A stretch of 32,000 nt of DNA, taken from contig NW_008806277.1 in the NCBI RefSeq assembly GCF_000400465.1, forward strand, positions 150,001 through 182,000. Direction: 5' to 3'. Every line of letters starts with the position of its first letter. Within the stretch, counting starts at the first letter, position 1. This document shows positions 22,670-32,000 of the stretch, piece by piece. The position numbers were made by a program, and so were the translations under genes. The stretch comes from Wallemia ichthyophaga EXF-994 (taxonomy: Eukaryota; Fungi; Basidiomycota). The notes under the pieces are model-generated. The model was not told the origin of the DNA. It was given only the letters and a program-made list of their open reading frames with translations, and ran no database searches.

Positions 22670-24536
22670 ATGGCAGCGCTCGATGCTGACTTTATAAGAT
22701 TTGACGGGAGCGACGGGAGCGACGAGGAGATCAGCGGGAATAAGAGGACTTATGAAGATGTGGAGGGTGGTGTCGGCAATTCAGCCACTCCAGCGACCAC
22801 TTCCACCACTTGCACACCTTCCAAACACCCAAAAGGCGAAAATGGGAAATCTAGGAAAGAAATCGAAAAACAGCGTTCAAAGAAAGCGCCCTGGATGGCA
22901 GACGTTGATTGGGAAGGCTGTCGAACAGCACCAGAGATGTGAGTTTCAAGTTGAAGTTTTTCAGGTTGAAACTCACCACTTACATCACTCCCACTCCCCC
23001 AGGCTACACAGAGAAGTAGACGCTTTCACTCGCTTTATCAGCCCTTCGGTTATCGAACACAAGACACGCGAGTACACCATAGAGTGCATACGCAGGTGCA
23101 TCACCTCTAGATGGTCCGATGCCCATGTCTTTGCTTTCGGCAGCTTCGAAACTCGTCTCTACCTCCCCGATGGCGATATAGATCTTGTCGTTATGCGCAA
23201 ATCAGTCAACCAATACAACAAACAGTCAATGCTACACACCATGGCCAGTATTCTCCGCCAAGCAAACCTCGCACAGAGTATACAAGTCATTTCTAAAGCC
23301 AGAGTGCCTATTATTAAGTTCCAGTCATCATTCGGTGGTTATCCCATTGATATCTCACTTAATCAGACAAACGGTGTGGATGCGGGGAGGATGGTGAACG
23401 ATATCCTCGACAAGTACCCCGCTGCTAGACCCCTTTCCATTCTCCTCAAATGCTTCCTCGCTCAACGCAGCATGAACGAGGTCTATACCGGCGGCGTCAG
23501 CTCGTATGCTGTCATATGTCTCGTCGTCAGCTTTTTACAGATGCATCCTAAAGTGAGGCGAGGTGACATCGACCCTCTCAACAATCTCGGTGTACTTATT
23601 GTCGATCTGCTCGAACTTTATGGAAGGAATTTTAACTACGATAACACCGGCATCGCTATTGAGGGATCTGGCTACTACTTCTCCAAGTCAAGTAGAGGTT
23701 GGCATCAGTATGGCCAGCCGTACCTCCTTTGCATACAGGATCCACAGGATGTCGGCAATGACATCAGCAAAGGCTCGTTCAATATACTCAACGTGCGCAA
23801 GGTGATCGCCGGTGCATACGATATGCTCACCAATAAACTTTACGCTCAGGCAAGTGAAATTGACGCTAAGAAGACCGGCCGCCATCTCAGTCTTAGAGAT
23901 GAAGTGGAAGTGAAGGATGAAGAGAAGAGTTTGCTGTTGAGTTTTATGGGTATTTCTCAACTCGTGCTGAATAAGAGGAGAGTTACAATTGATCTCTATC
24001 AGAAGGGTATCCTCCAGCGCTATCTGAATCTACCACCCCCTGAAAAAGACGTGGATTTGAGCGTGAAGAGCGTGCCGAATAGAGTGTCGAATGGAACTAG
24101 TGCGGTAAATGATAGTAGCCCAATTAAACCCAAACATAAGGTATTCCCTGAGGACGACGAGGGTGAAGGTGACAACAGCGTAATTGACATACTCGATAAG
24201 GATAGAGAGGATGATGACTCGCGCTATTTACACGTACAAGCCAGTAGATCGGGATCTAACAAGCGTCCGCGCAGCAAAATCAGTAAGACGGATAAAGCAC
24301 CGACGTCTCAACTCCATTTCGTTGATTCATCGGAAGACTCCGATGTGGAGATTGTAGAGAAGACAGATAAACAGGCAGGCACACGTGGCACGCGGGAGCA
24401 AAGCAAGCAAACCAAAAAAAGTCAACCAGAACGACCAGTGAAAAAACAGAGACGTGAATCAAACGAACAAAGAAACTCAAGGTACGAGTACTGGGGGAAA
24501 AAAGGCAAGTCTATAGATATATCAGACAGTAACTAG
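22670..24536 (+). CDS. TRF4: Non-canonical poly(A) polymerase Trf4/PAPD5 (TRAMP complex)
   Basis: APWM...MLHREVDAF after intron 22939-23002; nucleotidyltransferase motif FGSFETRLYLPDGDIDLV, KARVPIIKF, NEVYTGGVSSY, IQDPQD and NDISKGS. Confidence 0.92.
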
Positions 24537-24646
24537 GCTTGTGATATAGATATTGTTATTTATCTTTATATTTATATTTGTTGTAAAAATTATTATCTTT
24601 CGTTCATCCCGCACGACATTCAACCATACGACGCCAAGTGTGTTGT

Positions 24647-26364
24647 ATGCTAAATAGGGCCTGTAGACTTATACTACGAATGAGCACGTCACCCGCATAC
24701 AAGAAACAGAAAGTTGAAGTTGCATTGGAGAAGCCGGAGATAGCAACGGCAGCAACGCCGGCAATATCGCCAGCAACAACGCAAATAACCCAACAGCCAA
24801 ACCACCCACCAAATAAACCCCCTAAAAAGGACAAGGCTGTAAAACAACAGGAGAAATACACAAAGCTTCAGCGCAAAGCCAAGAAGCAGGCAGTCGCATC
24901 CGGTGGACCTGAGGAAAATATATTTCTCGATGTCAAAGCAATGCTTGGTGAAAGCGTGGTAGATGAGCTCATAAAGAGCGATCAGTGTTTAGATGGTGGC
25001 TTTGAATTCGGTACGCAGCTACAGGTTGAAATTTCCTCAATCTCAAGCTCAGGCGATGGATTAGCTATCGTACCAGAAAATAATTGGGTTATTGCCGTTC
25101 CATTCTGTCTCCCAGGAGAGAAGGTACTCGCTAGAGTATACAGAAACTCATTCTGTCACTCATACGCTGATCTTGTTAGTGTACTCGATAAGAGGGAGAG
25201 CTGGAGAGACGAATCGAATATCAGCTGCAAGTATTTCGGCAGCTGCTCTGGATGTCAGTATCAAATGATTCCTTACCAGAGACAGCTCCTACTCAAACAA
25301 CGCGTCGTTGAAAAGGCTTACCAGAGGTTCTCACAACTTCCTTCACCCGCCATACCGACTATACTGCCTACAATCGCATCACCCAAGCAATACAATTACA
25401 GAACAAAGATTACTCCACATTTTCAAGCTGCCCCGAAAAGCGCTGGTAATGATTTTAATCCAGATATTGGTTTCGATATGAAAGGTCGTCGTGTAACACT
25501 GGATATCGAGGAGTGCCCTATCGCTACTGAAACTCTCAATGTAGGTATGCAACCTGCGAGAGCTAAAGTGAAGGAAACGATAAAGTCTTACAAAAGAGGA
25601 GCTACGTTGTTGTTGCGTGATTCTATGACACGTCCTGAAAATGCTGCGGATGCTACAAAAACTGATATCCCACCCGCTGATATGAGCACAATCAACCCCG
25701 ACGATAGAGAGTGTATTACGGATCACAAGCGCATCACGAGGGAGATTGTCGGCGACAAGTTGTTTGAATTCACTGCTGGCTCTTTCTTCCAGAACAACTC
25801 TAGCATACTCGTGCCCCTCACGCAGTACGTGTTGGATGCACTCCCGGAGAAAGGAGAGGAACCGATGTACCTAGTCGATACGTACTGTGGAGCCGGTCTG
25901 TTTTCTATATGTCTACATGAACGGTTTGATAAGGTTGCCGGTATTGAGATTTCGCAGCAATCAATACAATACGCCAAGCATAACGTCAAGTTGAATGGAC
26001 TAGATGAAAACAAGATTTCATTCAGGGTTGGAAAATCGGAAGCTATTTTTGACGTCGTGGGTGATTTACCACCTGCTAACACATCAGTCATTATCGATCC
26101 ACCTCGTAAAGGATGTGACGATGCTTTCATAACTCAGCTGAAAGACTTCAAACCTCATCGCGTCGTTTATGTGTCGTGTAACGTTCACACACAGGCTAGG
26201 GATGTGGGTAAATTGTGCGGTGATGATGGCCCATATTCCATTGAGAGTTTGAGAGGGTGCGTGGGGTATTTAATGGCTGCTCTTTCTCATAATAACTATA
26301 CAGATTTGATCTTTTCCCTCAAACAAGTCATGTCGAGGGTGTTGCCGTTCTTAAGCTCAAGTAG
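24647..26364 (+). CDS. TRM2: tRNA (uracil-5-)-methyltransferase Trm2
   Basis: TRAM domain, CKYFGSCSGCQYQ, YNYRTKITPHF, FFQNN, DTYCGAGLF, DPPRKG and VSCN. Intron 26257-26303 restores GFDLFPQTSHVE. In-frame ATGs at 24647 and 24680. Confidence 0.93.
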
Positions 26365-26555
26365 ATTGTAATACCATTGCACAGCACACGGAAGCATACG
26401 ACTAGCGCTTATTTATTGAAAAAAAGAGTGACAATAGTTTGATATACTGAACTTAGTGAGAGAATAGCTGGTCCTGGACTTGTGGTAAAAGAGTGATTGC
26501 TGCTACCATCCTGCAGCAGACAAAGACAATCAAAGCAGGTTGCTCAACTTGAACG

Positions 26556-27026
26556 TTATGCTGGAGTCCAAGTCAAGTCACACAAACCCTGAGCCATATT
26601 CCCATTGGTGAGTTCGCTGAAGAGACCTCTGCTCAAGTCGATCTGGTTGTCTTGGCAGGTAGGGCCTGAAGGGGGAAGTTAGAAGCTGTGCGCGCATCAA
26701 GCTACCAACCCACACAAATCTACAGCAGTCGCGTCCATCACTTTTCCAGTGTTGGTGTTGGTCACCGTGTAGTGCTTCCAGCAGTTGGCACCACCTGCGT
26801 AATGGGCGGTTGGGAGAGCAATGACCATGTCCGATGGCTGCGACCACGCACCACACGCGCCTAGGCCGACAGCGAAGAAGGATCCAATGCCGTTAACGAG
26901 CCCGCGTTGTGAAATTTCGTGCACCTCTGCATCCGTCTTTGCGACGGGTGCTGCAGTGGCCAGGCAGAGGATTGCGGAGAGCGAGAGGAGTGCCATGTGT
27001 ATGATGTGTGCTTGTGAGATGTTCAT
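26556..27026 (-). CDS. Secreted RlpA-like double-psi beta-barrel (expansin/loosenin-like) protein
   Basis: Signal-peptide-like MALLSLSAILCLATA, GLGACG, and VDLCPTC...IDLSRGLF after splicing intron 26666-26713. The start could be ATG 27026 or 26996. Confidence 0.85.
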
Positions 27027-27638
27027 GTTGTGTAGTATTGTGCAAAGAGTGTGGTGGCTGCTCAGCAGTGTTTGTATTGTGTTTGTTGTGTGTGGTGGCA
27101 GAAGTCGAAAAAGCACCGCCAGCTTATATAAAACTCAGGCGTGTTCTCGACTACAGGCACATATGTCACCACGCGCGAACGCTGTGACATTCCTGTCTGA
27201 ACTTTCTAGCTGAGCACGAGATAAAAGACAAAAGACCGAGATCGAAATAAGATGTTTGGAGTGTAGATGGATGTACCAGTACTTACATTCACTGATTTAT
27301 GCATTTGATAAGCGTGTGTCCACTCTCCCTAGCCGTTGAAATGGACCGTGCGTCTGAGCCAGGAAAGCAACGGATGGAGGAATAAAGAGGGACTTGTATT
27401 TCAATGAGCACACAAAATAACCTACTCTACTCAAACTGCAGAAACATGCATTCTGAAAGATGTACTTGAAAAATATCAGGCTTTAGAGAAGAATAAGCAG
27501 CAGCGAGAGCCAAACCAACAACCACACTCCCACATAAAAACAGAAACGCCTTGAATAAAATTTATATTTCAACTCGAATTCTGCTGCCTACCCGCCTACC
27601 TCACTCAACCCCGAACGACAAAACCTTTATACCTAAAA

Positions 27639-28707
27639 ATGTCGCTTGATGTCGGAGACGTTGACGCGTGGATAGACACTTTATCGCAGTGTAAACAACT
27701 ATCAGAATCTGACGTTAAATTGCTTTGTGACAAGGTGGGCGTCCTGCCAACACACACAGCAATTTCTAAGCAGATACACAGGCCAGAGAAATCCTTATCG
27801 AAGAGTCTAACGTACAGCCCGTTAGATGCCCAGTCACTGTCTGTGGTGATATCCACGGCCAATTCGTGCGTGTACCGCTTCCGTAGTCGTCTAGTCCCGC
27901 TTATCGACGTCTAGCACGATTTAATCGAGTTGTTTAGAATCGGTGGCAATTCCCCTTCCACTAACTATCTTTTCATGGGCGATTACGTTGATAGAGGTTA
28001 CTACTCAGTGGAGACAGTCACCCTCCTCGTTGCTTTGAAACTCCGCTATAGAGAGAGAATCACTATCTTGCGCGGTAATCACGAGTCAAGACAGATTACT
28101 CAGGTCTATGGCTTCTACGATGAGTGTCTCAGGAAATATGGAAACGCAAATGTTTGGAAATTCTTCACCGATCTATTTGATTACCTCCCACTCACCGCTT
28201 TGATTGATAACCAGATCTTCTGTCTCCACGGCGGTCTATCCCCTTCAATTGACACCCTCGACCACATACGCTCCATTGACCGCATCCAAGAAGTTCCTCA
28301 CGAGGGCCCGATGTGTGACCTCCTCTGGTCCGATCCAGACGACCGCTGTGGCTGGGGTATCTCCCCTCGTGGTGCTGGTTATACTTTCGGCCAAGACATT
28401 TCTGAAGCTTTTAACCATTCAAACGGCCTCACCCTCGTAGCACGTGCTCACCAACTCGTCATGGAAGGTTACAACTGGTCCCAAGACAGAAACGTCGTCA
28501 CTTTGTTCTCTGCACCAAATTACTGTTATAGATGTGGTAACCAAGCTGCGATTATGGAGATTGATGAGAATCTCAAGTACACTTTCTTACAATTTGACCC
28601 AGCACCAAGAGCTGGTGAACCAATGGTGTCTCGAAGAGTTCCGGACTACGTGAGTTGAGTGTCTTTCGTCTCACTTTCATGCTGACTCTCTCTTGCAGTT
28701 CTTATAG
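27639..28707 (+). CDS. PPH21: Serine/threonine protein phosphatase PP2A catalytic subunit (307 aa)
   Basis: GDIHG, GDYVDRG, RGNHE and [11 protein letters not shown] motifs, with C-terminal VPDYFL completed by a 9-nt last exon (28699-28707). Introns 27735-27781, 27866-27914 and 28650-28698. Confidence 0.97.
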
Positions 28708-28823
28708 GCTATTACTCACTGTATTTATGTTTGCACTGGGTATTTTACTTGTACAATGTGTAACTACGAAGAAAATGTAACGACGAAAACAATATCAACA
28801 GTTCATATATTATTAGCGATATA

Positions 28824-30470
28824 TCAATCTATTTCGATTACTTCTTTGTGTTTTTCTAGGTGGGTGGTTTGAGTATGGAGGGATTTGATGAGGGATATAC
28901 TCACTCTTATTTCTGCTACTACTACTACTACTACTTCCAAAACCTTCTTCCTTAATTTTTGGCTTGCAATCTACAATCTTATCGAGCGTAGATTGTTTGG
29001 TATCGAACGGCTCAACATCGTGACCAAGAAAAGCCTGCTTTAGGTGTTAGTATGTTGTGATTTGTCTAAGCCAACCCACATCCCACGCACTGCCCGTTTC
29101 TTCCCTATTTATGTGTCAATCTACAGTTGAAACAACTTCAACCAACTCACAGCTTCATATCACCCATCAGTTGTCTTCTGTCAGTGTCTGTTTCGGTAAA
29201 ATCAAGTTCGTCTTCTGTTGTAGAACCTGAATCTTCGTTTTCCGGTTTTGTCTTTGTCTGAGACTTGTTAGGGATAACAATTGATATTCAAGCCAGCATC
29301 ACCCACCATAGCTGCTAAGCGCTTTTCAGTTGCTTCGAGGCGCAACGCGCGCGCACTCTTAGACGTAGCACGTTTTCTATAGGTTGAATTAGGATCTTGA
29401 CCTTTTTCCAAGCCAAGAGAGGCACCATCGACGCGATTACCAGCACCAATAGTCATGCCTTTTCGTGTTAGTGGTTTCTTGCGTTTTTTTGGTTTCCAGA
29501 CGCTAGACTTTGAGCGCGATTGAGCACCACCTAGTAAGTGTGCGAATGTTAGCTGGCGAGTAGGCCTACAGACAAATCTCACCGCAAATATAGTCGGCAA
29601 AATCACCAGCCGCGAGTGCAGTCTGACCTTGAACAGTTGCGTTATCTGCCAAGCGCGTCCCAGAGGACCAGTAGCCGTCACCAAAGTAGCCTTTCTGCCT
29701 GAGAGCTGTAGCCTGTGATCGGAGGTCTTCGTTGTACTGCGTTTGTGTGAGAGTGGCTTTTTTTATGACTGTGGCACACACTTTGTGAAAAAATTTTGAG
29801 TGATTCATGTCTGTGATAGGTGAGTTTGAGTGATTTTTCTGGGTAGCTCATCAAAAACTCACGTTTTATGTGCTAGTGGCTTTATCAGTCGAATCGATGC
29901 CTAAAGACAGCCTCACTCACCGCGAGCTCATGGCAAAGGACATTACTGGGGCGTCTGTGAGTGCTGTTTGGGATGCTTGAAAGATTAAAATTCTCACAGC
30001 AAGAAAGGGAAGGGATAGAATTGGCCGCTTGGTCTTCTGAGGACGAGTTCTGTGATGTCGTCATAAATTGATATTGGCAGACGATGAGCTTGGGCATACC
30101 AACAACCTAATCAGAGTGTTGGATGGTTTTTATGCTACTAATTCCACCCACATCCCCTGCATTCCAATTTCTGCCTACAAATACTTGGTTGAACTGGTAT
30201 TCCTCCAAGCTATTCACCTTAAGCCCCTCAGACTTCATCACTGGCCTAACCTGGGCAGCTAAAGAGCGTAGCAGACTAGGCAACTCATTAGCAACTCCTC
30301 CACTCGCGCTGATCCGCTTCACTCAACTCCCTAGCCTCCTTCTGATTGCTGGCTGGCAATGCCGTAGTAAAATTAATTTCTGGGTTTGGATTCGCCTCCT
30401 TCTCGTTTATCCTGCGTGCATCACAATGAGCTATTATCTACACCCTGAAATTTCCACACCTCAGCACCAT
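28824..30470 (-). CDS. WLM-domain (Wss1-like) zinc metalloprotease, 14 exons, ~337 aa
   Basis: Spliced product MVLRINEKEANPNPEINF...LAAQVRPVMKSEGLKVNSLEEY...GRNWNAGDVVELVLR...LCHELAHIKHMNH...GYFGDGYWSSG...KEVIEID*. Thirteen GT-AG introns of 45-52 nt; exon total 1014 nt. Confidence 0.85.
28916..28935. repeat. (CTA)6 microsatellite encoding a poly-Ser run in the WLM protein
   Basis: ctactactactactactact reads as agt repeats (GSSSSSSSR) on the minus strand. Confidence 0.8.
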
Positions 30471-30983
30471 GAAGTAGAATGAAATAAAGTGAAGTTGATA
30501 CATTGTGCTGAGTAATCCAATCTCAAATATTTTCAAATCGTTCACCGATTACGCCATCTCTGCGATGCCTAGAAGTGGAGCTTGATAGGCATGCTTTATA
30601 GTCACATATCTGGAAATTGGCCGCGGGGATGACATGAAGGCTGTGTAAATTCAATATATACTGCACGTGGAGTCGCTCGCCTTTACTTGGTTGCCCGGTG
30701 CCCGAGTGCCCGGGTGTCTGTCGCAGCAAACACACAGGGAGTTCAGTAGACCAATGTAAGGGGCAAGTATACTCAAATATACGTTTATTATTCCATATGA
30801 CACCCTCAATGCTATCGCAAAACCGTGTTTTACCCTTGTTTCAATTTTTACTCCGCTTTGCCTTTAAAAGCGCACTAATTCACTCTTCTTTGTTATCAGC
30901 TATCAACTCGAAAGCAGCAGAGCTTCTTTCAAGAATAAAACATCTTTAAGTCTTCACAATCTCTTAATCTCACAGCAAGATCT

Positions 30984-32000
30984 ATGTTATTAACATCAAC
31001 ACTCCTTGCAATCGTAGCAACTGTCACAGCTCACGGGACTGTCAACCGTATCGACGTTGAAGGCGGACAGTCATTCTCTGGCCCACTAATCGGCTCAAAC
31101 GACAACAGCGGCCCAATCTGGCATGTCTCAACTAGCAGTCCAGTCACGGACCTCCAAAGCAATTCAATGTTCTGTGGTGTTGACGCTATCCCTGGTCAGC
31201 AATCACCTAATATCGGTGCTGGCTCGACTTTAACCATCCACTGGGGACAAGGTTACGCAGACAGTGGTGACCAATGGCCTCATAACACAGGCCCAATCAT
31301 GACCTACATGGCTAAATGTAATGGTGACTGCAGTAACGCAGACTCTGCCAGCTCCAACTTTTTCAAGATCTCCGAGCTCGGTATTGAGAATGGTGAATGG
31401 GTTCAAGCTCAACTCAAGAATGGTCAACCATACTCTGTTCAAATCCCAAATGATGTCCAACCTGGTAAGTGCATTGTGTGACTACTTAATATGGCTAAGA
31501 CTGTGACAGGTAATTACCTAATTAGAACGGAGATCGTTGCACTCCATTCAGGCGTTGAGAGTTACCCATCATGCTCACAGTTCACTGTGACTGGTGATGG
31601 CTCAAACTCATACGCAAGCGCTACAGCTAAATTCCCTGGTGCCTACTTAGCTTCTGATCCTGGTCTTCAAATTGCCGGTGGATCCGTATACAATATTCAA
31701 TCGAGTGTTGAATACCAATTTCCTGGTCCAGCACCCGTTACTGGAGTTCACTTGGGTGTACCTGTTGGTAGAAACGGAGGCAGCAAAAAGTTTGCTGCTC
31801 AACAGCCAAGCTCGGATTCATCACACTCAAGTTACAGCTCGGATAGCCAATCATTTAGCCAGCAATCGCAACAAAATGAATCAAAGTCGCAATCACAATC
31901 AAATGGACCAGACTCAGAATCTGGTAACTCTGGTTGCAACAACCAATACGAACAATGCCTTCAAGCATATGTTCCAGGCAGCGGAGACTTTGATTGTCAG
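30984..32000 (+). CDS. AA9 (GH61) lytic polysaccharide monooxygenase, 3'-truncated by the window end
   Basis: 16-aa signal peptide followed by His1 (31032), WPHNTGPIMTYMAKC, intron 31465-31509, GNYLIRTEIVALH...YPSCSQFTVTG, FPGAY and YQFPGPAP, then a Ser/Gln-rich linker and a Cys-containing tail. Confidence 0.9.

Noticed and set aside
27210-27286. Possible minus-strand 5'-UTR intron (gtaagt...ctcag) upstream of the RlpA-like gene
   Set aside because: At 77 nt it is longer than the local intron size, has no clear branch point, and lies upstream of the apparent TATA element.

Overview
A very compact, gene-dense fungal (basidiomycete) region. I read about 20 protein-coding genes with short GT-AG introns (mostly 44-53 nt, up to 68 nt) and tiny intergenic gaps, an architecture that suggests Wallemia or a similarly streamlined genome (inference). 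In order: TRP2 (5'-partial), RIB5, LTA4H/LAP2 M1 aminopeptidase, PRP31, aconitase, an uncharacterised 4-exon protein, SAC1, an unexplained ~1.2 kb gap, an F-box pseudogene, FCP1, a NOPCHAP1-like protein, a degenerate ketopantoate-reductase-fold protein, UTP17, UTP25, PTH1, TRF4, TRM2, an RlpA/expansin-like secreted protein, the PP2A catalytic subunit, a 14-exon WLM/Wss1-like metalloprotease and an AA9 LPMO (3'-partial). No tRNA, rRNA, CRISPR or mobile element could be supported. The main oddities are: (1) two divergent genes whose predicted start codons overlap in one CATG palindrome, plus three more divergent pairs with ATGs only 17-42 nt apart; (2) a protease gene with 7- and 10-nt micro-exons whose HExxH motif is split by an intron; (3) an AA9 LPMO with altered copper-site motifs; (4) a PanE-fold pseudoenzyme; (5) an F-box reading frame broken only by TAA/TAG stops. 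All exon structures were derived by hand from splice signals, reading-frame continuity and remembered family motifs; no database search or RNA data was used.
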